Shown here: one piece after another, positions 51,530 through 60,978 of the stretch
How positions within the stretch are numbered: the first letter of the stretch is position 1
Layout: the number at the start of each line of letters is the position of its first letter
From: Terriglobia bacterium
Lineage (GTDB): Bacteria > Acidobacteriota > Polarisedimenticolia > Polarisedimenticolales > JAIQFR01
Reading direction: 5' to 3'
Assembly: GCA_963748015.1 (NCBI GenBank)
Contig: CAVVHE010000004.1
Span: 1,344,001 to 1,408,000 of the forward strand
DNA: 64,000 nt
Made by a program: the position numbers and the translations under genes
Notes under the pieces: generated by a model
Seen by the model: only the letters and a program-made list of their open reading frames with translations
Database searches by the model: none
What the model was told of the DNA's origin: nothing

Positions 51530-53537
51530 GAGGGGCCGCGGGGCGCTCCGATCCGACGCCGAGATCGGCGAGGTGGTCCGCCGCGGCGGGAGCCACCTCG
51601 AGTCCTTCGTCGTCCTGAGCGGTGGACTCCGACCCGCGCGCGCGGAGGAACGCGGCGCGCGCCTCGGTTTCGCGGCCGAGCGCCTCCAGCTCCCTCCCGA
51701 GGAGGTAGGCGCCCGTTCCCGCCCCGATCCCCTTCCCGCCTCCCCAGGTGATCCGGCGGAGGGTGTCCGCGGCGAGATCGTGGCGGCCCGCCTCGGAAAG
51801 AAGGAGCGCGAGGTTCACGAGCGCCGATGCCGAAGCCGGTCCCGGCACGGCACCGTCGGCCGCCGCCCAGGCCGCGGCGACCGCGGGCGAGCGCGCGCCG
51901 TCCGAGCGCAGCGGGAAGACGGGTGTCGCGACGGGACGAATCCGGACGGTGCGGGTGACGCCGTCCGGGCCCGACACCTGCACCTCGATCTCCGATCCCG
52001 GTGCCGCCGCTCGCAACGCTCCGAGCGCCTGCCAGGAGTCCTCGACTCCCTTCCCTCCCACGGCGAGAACGCGGTCGCCGACCGAGATCTGCGCGGACGC
52101 CGCGGGACTCCCGGGCAGGATGTCCACGACCAGGGCCTTCCCCCACTTCCGGCTGTCCGCGAGCCTCAGCCCGGTGGCGCTCCGGAGCCACGCCGGAGGG
52201 GTGGCGTCGGGGAGCGGTCCCTCGACTTTCTCGACGGTTCGGAGGAGAGGGCTGAACAGGAGCCGGCGATCCGCGGACCCCTCGCCCGCAGCCGGGATCA
52301 CCGCCATCGCGAGATCCGTTCCGGGCGGGAGCGTCACCGACTCCCAGCCGGCCTTCGCCGCCAGGTCGGCGCCCGCGGGAAGAGGCAGCGGGGGCCGCGC
52401 GCTGAACGCGCGAGCGAACGACTCGAGTGCCGGCGGCCATTCGGCCGCGAACCTCGCGAGGTTCGGCCGGGGACGGATCTCGACGCCGAGGCCGCCCTCC
52501 TCCGGCAGCTCGATCCGGTCCCACCAGATCACGCGCGATCCCGCGCGCACCTCGACCTCTCGCTGGCCCGGGCAGAGGTCGAGCGGCTCGACCGGTAGCG
52601 TCCCCGACAGCACGCCGTCCACCCGCAACTCGGCGCCGGGGACCGAGCCCTCGAGCGTGAGACGGGCGCGGACGGGATCGAGGACCATCGGGCCGATGGC
52701 GAGAGGCGCGTGGTCCATCAGGTCCACGGTGATCATCCGCGAGTGCCGGACGGTCCGGTAACACGGCTTCGACAGGACGATCTTGTGCTCTCCCGGGGCG
52801 AGGTCCTCGACCGTGAGCTCGGCCGGCGCGTCGGCGCCGCCGGAAGCCGGCTTCGCGGTCTCCCCCGCCGGCGCCCCGTCCACCGTCACCCGGACGCCGT
52901 CCGGATCGGTGCGCACCACGATGCTTCGGGCGTTCGGGACCATGCGGATGGTGAACGGCGTCTCCTGTCCCGCGGCCACGTCGATCGTCCTCTCGAGCGG
53001 GTCGAACCCCTTCCGCTCGAGACGGAGCACGCGGCTCCCGTGGAGCACGGGGACGACGCCGCTCGAGAGACGCTGCGCGGGGCGGCCGTCCACGACGATC
53101 TTCGCGTCGGCGGGGTCGAGGTCGAGGCGCAGCGTCCCGACGAGAGCCGCCCTCGCCTTGTCGTAGCGCGCGATCGCCTTGCGGGACGCGACGGCCGCGT
53201 CCGGCTGGAAGGCGGGGTCGAGGGCGAGGATCTCGCGGTAGTCCTGCTCCGCCGCGTCGAGCGCTCCTGTCGCGGCATGGGCCTGCGAACGGAGCGCGAG
53301 CGCGTCCACCCGCGTGACCTCCTTGACCGCCGGGTCCCGGAGGACCGTCTCGATGCGCGCGAGCGCCGACTCGAACCGGAGACCGAGCAAGTCTTCGCGG
53401 ATCGCCTCGAGCGGCGAGCCGGGCGGCGCCTGCGCGGGCGCGCTCGCCGGCGGCTCCTCCGCCCGGAGGGCGGCGGCCGCGAGCGGTAGCGCGGCAATCG
53501 CCAGGACGGCGAGGAGCGTGCGCACCGCGGCCCTCAT
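51516..53537 (-). CDS. Secreted TPR/PEGA/PDZ protein
   Basis: Signal peptide; PEGA repeats (DP.DAKIVVDG, TDPDGVRVTVDG); PDZ GSPAASAQISVGDRVLAVGG. Confidence 0.8.
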   Translation of the reverse strand: MRAAVRTLLAVLAIAALPLAAAALRAEEPPASAPAQAPPGSPLEAIREDLLGLRFESALARIETVLRDPAVKEVTRVDALALRSQAHAATGALDAAEQDYREILALDPAFQPDAAVASRKAIARYDKARAALVGTLRLDLDPADAKIVVDGRPAQRLSSGVVPVLHGSRVLRLERKGFDPLERTIDVAAGQETPFTIRMVPNARSIVVRTDPDGVRVTVDGAPAGETAKPASGGADAPAELTVEDLAPGEHKIVLSKPCYRTVRHSRMITVDLMDHAPLAIGPMVLDPVRARLTLEGSVPGAELRVDGVLSGTLPVEPLDLCPGQREVEVRAGSRVIWWDRIELPEEGGLGVEIRPRPNLARFAAEWPPALESFARAFSARPPLPLPAGADLAAKAGWESVTLPPGTDLAMAVIPAAGEGSADRRLLFSPLLRTVEKVEGPLPDATPPAWLRSATGLRLADSRKWGKALVVDILPGSPAASAQISVGDRVLAVGGKGVEDSWQALGALRAAAPGSEIEVQVSGPDGVTRTVRIRPVATPVFPLRSDGARSPAVAAAWAAADGAVPGPASASALVNLALLLSEAGRHDLAADTLRRITWGGGKGIGAGTGAYLLGRELEALGRETEARAAFLRARGSESTAQDDEGLEVAPAAADHLADLGVGSERPAAPPTGR

Positions 53538-55027
53538 GGGAACCTCACCGTCGTCCCGCTCCCTTCCGCGAGGACGTCGAGCGAGCCGTCCGCGCCGAGG
53601 GCGATCATGTCGGCGCGCTCGAGCCCCGAGCCGCGGATCGGGAGCCTCTCGCGAACCTCGCCGTCGGGGCCGAGCAGCACTACCTCGCCCGTCTTCCTGT
53701 CGAGCACGGCGACCTCCCCTGCCGGATCCGCGGCGATCGCCTCGGGCTTCTCGCAAGGAATCGACGCCGCGGGGCGAAGGCTCCCGTCGGGAAGCACTTC
53801 CACGAGCCACTTCGTCTTCGCATCGAGACCGACGAGACGCGCGCCGTCCCAGACGAGACCGGCGAGCCGCACCTTGCCGGTCGCCCCCAGCAGGGTCGCG
53901 GGCGTCGCGGCTCCCGGCTCGAGAACGCCGATCCTGTCCCCCTTGCGGTCGAGCGCGAAGATGCGGCCCCATTCGTCGGCCGCGATGGCGGAAGGCGACT
54001 CGAAGTCGCCGAGCTGGGCCACCGGAACGGGCCCGGACGGGAGCAGCCGGTAGAGCTTCTCGCCGGCGGCCGCGAACCGGCGCCCCATCGGATCTTCCGT
54101 GAGCGCCTGCACTCCCGGCAGCGTCCACCGCGTTCCCGGCGTTCCGTCCACGCCCAGCTCGAGGATCACGTCGTCCTTGCGGTCGGCCAGGAGCAGCCCG
54201 CCGTCGCGGAGACGCGCGGCCGCGGCGATGCCCCGCAGTCCCGAGGACGAGGTGACCACCGTGCCCCCCGCCCACCGTCCGCCGACCTTCGCGCCGCGCA
54301 GCGCGGTTCTCACGGCGAGATCCCTGATGTCCGCGGTCTCGCGACCGGCGTCGGCCCCCGACCCGGCCACCTCCTCGAGAAGCGCCGCCGCTCGGCGCGG
54401 GTTGCCGTCCCGCAGCAGGAGCATCGCCAGCCGGGCACGCGCGCGGATCCCGGCGCCGGTCGCCGGGTGATCGATCGCGAGCCTCTGGTACGCCGATCGC
54501 GCGCGCTCCCGCTCGCCCGATCTCTCGTCGATCCACGCCACTCCGAACCGCGCGGCCGTGCGCCAGCGCTCGTCCGCTGCGCCCGGTCCGACCGCCAGGA
54601 ACTCCAGGCGCGCTCGGGCCGGGTCGCGGCCCGGGAGAGGCTCGAGGCGCAACAGCGCCCGCAGCACGCGCGCTTCGCCCGCGCGGTCGCCGCTCGGGAG
54701 CGAGTCGACCGCCCGTCCGAGGAGTCCGCCCGCACGCTCCGCCTCGGGGGCCGCGAGGCGGCCCAGCTCGCCCGGCCACGCCGCGACACCCAGGAGCAGC
54801 GCCTGCTCGACCAGCGCGTCGTCGGCGAGTGGCCCCGTCGGGTCGAGCTCGTAAACCTTGGCCAGCGCACCGGAGGCGTCGGGAGATCCTTCCGCGACGA
54901 GGCGCCGGGCCACGCGGTACTGCTTCGCCGCCCCTTCCGGATCGGCGGACGCCGCCCCGGCGGCCAGCGCACCATCCGCCGCGAGGAGAACGACCGCTGC
55001 CAGCGCCGCGCACGAGGGCCGCCTCAT
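53534..55027 (-). CDS. Secreted TPR + NHL-like beta-propeller protein
   Basis: Signal peptide; LADDAL TPR; PSAIAAD..GRIFALD repeats; ATGA overlaps on both sides. Confidence 0.78.
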   Translation of the reverse strand: MRRPSCAALAAVVLLAADGALAAGAASADPEGAAKQYRVARRLVAEGSPDASGALAKVYELDPTGPLADDALVEQALLLGVAAWPGELGRLAAPEAERAGGLLGRAVDSLPSGDRAGEARVLRALLRLEPLPGRDPARARLEFLAVGPGAADERWRTAARFGVAWIDERSGERERARSAYQRLAIDHPATGAGIRARARLAMLLLRDGNPRRAAALLEEVAGSGADAGRETADIRDLAVRTALRGAKVGGRWAGGTVVTSSSGLRGIAAAARLRDGGLLLADRKDDVILELGVDGTPGTRWTLPGVQALTEDPMGRRFAAAGEKLYRLLPSGPVPVAQLGDFESPSAIAADEWGRIFALDRKGDRIGVLEPGAATPATLLGATGKVRLAGLVWDGARLVGLDAKTKWLVEVLPDGSLRPAASIPCEKPEAIAADPAGEVAVLDRKTGEVVLLGPDGEVRERLPIRGSGLERADMIALGADGSLDVLAEGSGTTVRFP

Positions 55028-56965
55028 CGCCTGCCCCCCCTCTCGAATCCGAATCGCAGCGGCGGGTTGTTCGAGCCGGCGACCAGCTCCACGTCCTGCT
55101 CCTTCGACTCCCCGGTGGGCTCGTAAACGACCTTCACCCGGTACTTCCCCGCGGCCACCTCTCGCTCCGTCGGAGCGTCGTCCAGGAATCGCCAATCCGT
55201 CCCCTCGCGCCGCAGGTAGACCTTGCAGTTGCCTGGAAACGCCTGGACCACGAGCTCTGCCATTCCCGGGAGCTCGAGGCGGGGCGTCGCCGTCTCCCCG
55301 GCGGCAACCTCCACCTCGGCGCGAACGTCGAGCCAGCGCTCGTCGTCGGTCGCGCGGAGCTCGTGCTTCCCCTCGGGCAGCTCGATCGTGCCGCTCCCCT
55401 TCTGGACCCGCCGGCCATCCACGAGGAAGGCGACCGGGAAGCGCGTCTCCGGCAGCTTCAGACGGCCGGTGGGAATGGCGGCGAGGCGCAGCCCCGCGGC
55501 GGCCGTCCGGGCCTCGAGCGGCGTCGCACCCTTCGAGATCGCGACGCGGGTGTCGCGGAACCCCCTCGCCGTCGCCTCGAGGACGTTGTCGCGGCAGAGC
55601 TCGAGAACCATGCGGGCCGGCGCGGCGAGCGCCTCGGCGCCGTTCAGCCGCACGCGCGCCCCGGCGACTCCGGGGTCCGCCACGACCTCGGCCGAGACCG
55701 GGTCGAGAACCAGGACGACCTCGCCACCGCCGTCCTCCGGGGCGAGCGTGTGGGACGCCTTGCGGCAGTCCTGCTCGGCCGTGAGCACGCCGAACGGCCC
55801 GGAGGCGGGGAAGCGAACGGCGTCCGCGGCGAGCGGCTTGCCGTCGAGGCGCAACGGGATTCCCGGGGGCTCGGTCCTGACGCGCGCGTCGAGCATCACC
55901 ACGGCAGGCGTCGACGGCGTGCCGGGCAGCCCTCGAAACACGATGTACGCTCCCGCCGCCGCTGCGGCGAGCACTCCAACCCCGCCGAGGATTCCGGCGA
56001 TCCTCCCCTTCGATCGACGGCCGGACGCGGGGGCAGCCGTCGCGGGCCCGGCAGGTGCCGCAGCCTTCGGCCTCGCCCCCCCGGCCACGGCTGTCGGCGG
56101 CGGAGGCGGCGCCGCGCCGGGCGGCGCCGCCGCGAACGTCCCGGCGCCCGCCTGCCGCAGCACGCCGGCAAAGGCGTCCCCGTCGGCGAACCGGTCCTCG
56201 GGCTTCTTGGCGAGGGCCTGTCGCAGGAACTCCGACAGGCTGTTCGGCAGCGACGGCCGCTGCGTGAACGCCTCGGGGGCGTCCTCGTTCACGATCCGGT
56301 AGAGCACCGACGAGACCGACTCGCCGCCGAACGCCTTCTCGCCGGTCAGCATCTCGTAGAGGACGACGCCGAGCGAGAAGAGATCGCTCCGGCCGTCGAG
56401 CGGGTCGCCGCGCACCTGCTCCGGCGACATGTAGGCGGGCGTTCCCATCAACATGCCGTCCTGGGTCAGCTGGGTCTGGGGGTTCTTGGCGAGGCCGAAG
56501 TCCATGATCTTCACGGACGTCTCGCCGAGGCGCATCAGGTTGGCCGGCTTCACGTCCCTGTGGACGATGCCGGCCTTGTGCGCATAGGCGAGGGCCTCCG
56601 CCGTGCGAGCGACGAGTTCGACGACGGTCCCGACGGGAAGCAGCTCGTCGGGTCGGCAGAACGCGTCGAGCGTCTGCCCCTCGACGTACTCCATGGCCAG
56701 GTACGGGACGCCGTCGGCCTCGCCGACGTCGAAGATCGTGACGATGCCGGGGTGAAGGAGCCTCCCGGCGGACCGGGCCTCGCGGAGGAACCTCTCCCTC
56801 GCGGCGGCCTGCTCCGCCTCGGGAAGCGCGGAGAAGACCGAGATCGCCTTGATCGCGACCGGCCGGTCGATGTCGCGGGTCGTGGGCCAGGAACACCCGG
56901 CCCATGGCTCCGCGTCCGAGCTCCTTGACGACCCGGTAGCGGCCGAGATATTGGACCTGCTGCAT
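55024..56965 (-). CDS. Membrane Ser/Thr protein kinase with PEGA-like domains, frameshift at about 56876
   Basis: LGRGAMGRVFLAHDP in one frame; DIDRPVAIK, HRDVKPAN, DFGLAK and GTPAYMSPEQ in the next. Confidence 0.9.
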
Positions 56966-56996
56966 CGCTCGGGGTGACCCCGGCGCGAGGCTCGAC

Positions 56997-57602
56997 TCAG
57001 GACGGCAAGGAGCCCGCCCGACCGTCCTCTCGCTCGAGGTCGGCCAGGTACTCCTCCACGAGCCTGCGCTGCGCGGTTTCGTCGAGGCTCGAAGCCACGA
57101 GTTTCGCGGCGGCCCGGACCGCGAGGTCCGCGGCAGCCGCCCGAATCTCTCCCTGCGCCTGACGCAAGGCGGTCTCGACCTGCGACTGCGTCTGCTTCAG
57201 GGTCTGCTCTCGCTGGCGGCGGGCTTCCTCGAGGATCTCCGCCTTCAGGCGCTCGGCGTCCTTGCGTCCCGCCTCGACCGCCTCCAGCCGTTCCTGCCGC
57301 GCCTGCGACAGGATCTGCCGGTGCTGCTCGATCAGCGTCGCGGCCTCGTCGCGGTCCCGCCGCGCCTGCTCGATGCTCTCCCGGATCGCCCGCTCCCGCT
57401 CCTCGATCGCTCCGAGGAGCGGCTTCCACGCCACGAGCCGGAGGAACACCGCCAGGGCGATGAACGTCACCACCGTCCAGAAGATGGTCCCGATCTCGGG
57501 CGTGATCAGGGCGCTGCTGCCGCCCCCGCCCTCGGCCTCCGAGGCGAGCGCGGCGGAGGCGAAGCAGGCCAACGCCAGCGGGAGCAGGATAGGGCGCCGC
57601 AT
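56997..57602 (-). CDS. atpF: F0 ATP synthase subunit b
   Basis: GTIFWTVVTF..AWKPLL..IEERE. Confidence 0.93.
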   Translation of the reverse strand: MRRPILLPLALACFASAALASEAEGGGGSSALITPEIGTIFWTVVTFIALAVFLRLVAWKPLLGAIEERERAIRESIEQARRDRDEAATLIEQHRQILSQARQERLEAVEAGRKDAERLKAEILEEARRQREQTLKQTQSQVETALRQAQGEIRAAAADLAVRAAAKLVASSLDETAQRRLVEEYLADLEREDGRAGSLPS

Positions 57603-57613
57603 GGTGCCGTCTC

Positions 57614-57847
57614 CTACTTGAACGCGAGGATGATGCAGATGACCAGCGCGAAGAGCGTGGCCCCCTCGATCAGCGCCGCGGCGATGATCATCGTGGTTTG
57701 GATGTTCCCCGCGGCCTGCGGCTGCCGGGCGATGCCGTCCATCGCGCTCGCGGCGAGCTTTCCGATGCCCGCGCCGGCGCCGACGATCGCAAGGCCCGCG
57801 CCGAGTCCCGCGGAGAGGAACGCGAGGGCCAGATTCAGCTTCTCCAT
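57614..57847 (-). CDS. atpE: F0 ATP synthase subunit c (H+-type)
   Basis: GAGAGIG, ARQP, ALIEG; no Na+-binding Q/ES(T) signature. Confidence 0.97.
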   Translation of the reverse strand: MEKLNLALAFLSAGLGAGLAIVGAGAGIGKLAASAMDGIARQPQAAGNIQTTMIIAAALIEGATLFALVICIILAFK

Positions 57848-57886
57848 GACAGGGATCCTCCTTTCGAGCTCCCGTGGACGGCGCGG

Positions 57887-58729
57887 TCAGTGCGCCGGGT
57901 GCACGGACATGCCGATGAACAGGGACGTCAGCATCGTGAAGATGTAAGCCTGAAGAAACGCAACCAAGATCTCGAGCAGGTAGATGAACAGGGCGAAGGG
58001 GACGGACACTGCCGCCATGTACGCCGTCTTCATGAGGAAGATCAGGGCGATGAGGCTCAGGATCACGACGTGCCCGGCCGTCATGTTCGCGAAGAGCCGG
58101 ATGCACAGGGCGAACGGCTTCGTGAACATGGAGAGGAACTCCACCGGGAGCATGATCGGAAGCAGCCACGCCGGGAGGCCGGGGGGGACCAGGTTCTTGA
58201 AGTGGCCGACGACGCCGTACTCCCGCATGCCCGACGCCTGGATCATGGCGAAGGCCATGATCGCGAGGCCGGCGGTCACGCTGATACCCGAGGTGGCGGT
58301 GAAGAACCCGGGAACGAGGCCGAGCAGGTTGCAGGTCAGGATGAAGAAGAACGTGGACAGGAGATACCCGACGAACCTGTCCGCGTGGTGCGATATGTTC
58401 TTGCGGGCAATCTCGTTCCGTACGAACAGGATGAGCATCTCGAGGACGCCGCGCAGCCCTTTCGGCACGGGGTCCTTCGATCGCCGGGCCGCGAGCCCGA
58501 AGATCGTCAGGAGGATCCCGCTGGCGATCCACATCATGACGATGTTCCGCGTGATGGAGAAGTCGTAGCCGCCGATCTCGATTCGCGGGAGATGAACCAC
58601 GGTCTGGGTGAACGGGATCTCGATCTGATTCGAGTCGAGGATGTGGTGCATGATGTAATCGCCCGCGTTGAAGCCCGCTCCGGCGTGCTCCGCGGCCTGC
58701 CCCACCGCCCCCGCTTCCGCTCCGCTCAT
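57887..58729 (-). CDS. atpB: F0 ATP synthase subunit a
   Basis: NLLGLVP, KPFALCIRLFANMTAGH, LQAYIFTML. Confidence 0.97.
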   Translation of the reverse strand: MSGAEAGAVGQAAEHAGAGFNAGDYIMHHILDSNQIEIPFTQTVVHLPRIEIGGYDFSITRNIVMMWIASGILLTIFGLAARRSKDPVPKGLRGVLEMLILFVRNEIARKNISHHADRFVGYLLSTFFFILTCNLLGLVPGFFTATSGISVTAGLAIMAFAMIQASGMREYGVVGHFKNLVPPGLPAWLLPIMLPVEFLSMFTKPFALCIRLFANMTAGHVVILSLIALIFLMKTAYMAAVSVPFALFIYLLEILVAFLQAYIFTMLTSLFIGMSVHPAH

Positions 58730-59139
58730 GCCCGCTCAGCACCCCCGCGGCCGGCGCCATCACGCCGCCCCGCACGATAGAAGAACGCCATCTCGTACAC
58801 CATCAGCGGCCCGAAGCCGCTTCCGAGCCCCACGAAGTAGGCCCAGAGCGACCCTCGCCCCGCCGAGGCCGCCGCCGCCGCGCCGGCCAGCGTCGCGGCG
58901 ATCCGGCCAAGGATACCCGCAACCATCGCCGCAAGAAAGCCCGAACCCGACTTTCCGTGGGCTGCGGCGAGCCAGGCGCCCGACGAGAGCCCGATCGCCG
59001 TCATCAGACCCCAGCCCAGCCCTCCCCAGAGCAGCGCTCCGGTGGACGCCGGGAGGGTCAACGCCCACGCCGCGCCCCCCGATGCGGCCGCCACGGCGGC
59101 GGCGCCGGCCAGGAAGCGGCGGGCGCGGTCGCCGCTCAC
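58726..59139 (-). CDS. AtpI-like membrane protein
   Basis: Four TM helices; lies directly before atpB with overlapping ends. Confidence 0.65.
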   Translation of the reverse strand: MSGDRARRFLAGAAAVAAASGGAAWALTLPASTGALLWGGLGWGLMTAIGLSSGAWLAAAHGKSGSGFLAAMVAGILGRIAATLAGAAAAASAGRGSLWAYFVGLGSGFGPLMVYEMAFFYRAGRRDGAGRGGAERA

Positions 59140-59384
59140 TTCGCCCGTCCTCCCGGACCCTTTCGCGGAGGCAGCACCGTCCGGAAAAAAGCCAGGAAGC
59201 CCGCGGCCATCCCCAGCAGGGAACCGGCGATGAGGATCCACGGCTCCGTGCCGAACCGCTTGTCCATCCACCGCCCGAGGAGCACGCCGACCAGGAGCGG
59301 GACCGCGATCTCCGTCCCGACCCCGACGTAGGACCAGGGTGACGGCCCCGAAGGCCCCGGCTCGCTCTCGCCCGGTCCGCTCAC
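59136..59384 (-). CDS. AtpZ/AtpI-family protein
   Basis: G..LGRWMDKRFGTEPW..G.LLG motif. Confidence 0.85.
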   Translation of the reverse strand: MSGPGESEPGPSGPSPWSYVGVGTEIAVPLLVGVLLGRWMDKRFGTEPWILIAGSLLGMAAGFLAFFRTVLPPRKGPGGRAK

Positions 59385-59430
59385 TGGCGCTCCTCGCGCC
59401 GCCCGCGTCAATGTAGCAGCCCTGTCAAGT

Positions 59431-60978
59431 TCACCTTACGGCGAGGGGCAGCAGGGCGTATTGAGCAAAACGGATGAACGGCTGGGGATAGATGCCGACG
59501 ACCAGGGTGAACACGAGCGAGACGGCCAGGGCGGCGGCCAGCGGCGCCGGAACCTCCACGCGTCGCTCGGTTTCCGGCGGGGACATGTACATCGCGACCA
59601 CCACGCGAACGTAGTAGTAGAGCGAGATCGCGCTGTTCACGACCGCGATCACGGCGAGCCACGCGTAGTCCGCCTTGACCGCGGATCCGAACAGCCACCA
59701 CTTCCCGATGAACCCGGAGGTGGACGGGATTCCGGCGAGCGACAGGAGGAACACCAGCATGGTCGCCGCCGCCAGCGGATTGGTCTTCGCGAGCCCGCGG
59801 AAGTCCTCGACGCGGTCCCCCACGATGTCGCGCCGGCGCAGCATCGCCACCAGGCCGAACGCTCCCATGTTCGTGAAGGTGTACACGAAAAGGTAGAGAA
59901 CGACCGCGGTCATCCCGTAGCGCTGGGTCAGGGGGTCGCCGCCGGAGGCCCCCACCGCGATCAGCCCGAGCAGCATGTATCCCGCGTGCGCGATGGAGGA
60001 GTAGGCGAGCATCCTCTTGACGTTGTCCTGCAGGATCGCGACGACGTTGCCGAGGGTCATCGAGGCGATGGCGAGGACCACGAGCAGCGGCGTCCAGTCG
60101 GCCGCAAGACCGTAGAATCCGCGGAGGAACACCCGGAGGAACATCGCGAACGCCGCCGCCTTCGCGGCGGTGGAGATGAACGCGGTCACCGGGGTCGGCG
60201 CCCCCTCGTACGCGTCGGGGGTCCACATGTGGAACGGCACCGCCGCGATCTTGAAGGCCATGCCGACCAGGACCAGGATCGCGCCGACCTGGAGAAGACT
60301 CCGGGGCGCGGCGGTTCCCTGCGCGATCGCCGCGGCGATGCCGTCCAGGTTGAACGAGCCGGTCGTCCCGTAGACCAGCGACATGCCGTAGAGCAGGATC
60401 CCCGAGGCGAACGCGCCGAGGAGGAAGTACTTCAGGGCGGCCTCGTTCGACTTGTGGCTCGCCCGGGTGAACCCCACGAGCACGTAGACCGACAGCGCCA
60501 TCGTTTCGAGGCCGATGTAGAGGACCGCGAAGTCGTTCCCCGAGGCGAGCATCATCATGCCGAGGACGGCGAAGACCACCATGGCGTAGAACTCGCCGGA
60601 CTGCGCCCCCTCGTGATCCAGGAAGCGCGCGGCCATCAGGATCGCCAGGGCCGCGCCGATCAGGAAGATGATCTTGAAGACGATGGAGAAACCGTCGGTC
60701 AGATAGGCGGGCCTTCCCTCGGCGTCGGCGAACGTCGCCTGCCCGACGCCGGGCTCGACCTTCGGGCCTGCGCCGGGGGCCGCGGGGCCGTACGACGCGG
60801 CGAGGAACGCGACGGCCACGATCCCGACGAGGGCGACCGCCGCGATCGAGCGGCGGCGCTCCGGCGGCAGCGCCGCCGAGAGGCCGAGAAGGACGAACCC
60901 CACGACCGCCAGAAGCAGCTCGGGCTTCAGCCAGGCGAGGTTCTCGACGAAGACCCTCGGGTCGAACCCTCCCATCAC
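59431..60978 (-). CDS. nuoN: NADH-quinone oxidoreductase subunit N
   Basis: EAALKYFLLG, FKIAAVPFHMWTPDAYEGAP, KRMLAYSSIAHAGY. Confidence 0.96.
   Translation of the reverse strand: MMGGFDPRVFVENLAWLKPELLLAVVGFVLLGLSAALPPERRRSIAAVALVGIVAVAFLAASYGPAAPGAGPKVEPGVGQATFADAEGRPAYLTDGFSIVFKIIFLIGAALAILMAARFLDHEGAQSGEFYAMVVFAVLGMMMLASGNDFAVLYIGLETMALSVYVLVGFTRASHKSNEAALKYFLLGAFASGILLYGMSLVYGTTGSFNLDGIAAAIAQGTAAPRSLLQVGAILVLVGMAFKIAAVPFHMWTPDAYEGAPTPVTAFISTAAKAAAFAMFLRVFLRGFYGLAADWTPLLVVLAIASMTLGNVVAILQDNVKRMLAYSSIAHAGYMLLGLIAVGASGGDPLTQRYGMTAVVLYLFVYTFTNMGAFGLVAMLRRRDIVGDRVEDFRGLAKTNPLAAATMLVFLLSLAGIPSTSGFIGKWWLFGSAVKADYAWLAVIAVVNSAISLYYYVRVVVAMYMSPPETERRVEVPAPLAAALAVSLVFTLVVGIYPQPFIRFAQYALLPLAVR

Noticed and set aside
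51516..56965. Giant 1165-aa and 1143-aa ORFs
   Set aside because: Their N-terminal parts are off-frame read-through of neighbouring genes; the real starts are 53537 and 55027.
57614..57847. Na+-translocating ATP synthase
   Set aside because: The c subunit lacks the Gln and the Ser/Thr after the Glu needed for Na+ binding.
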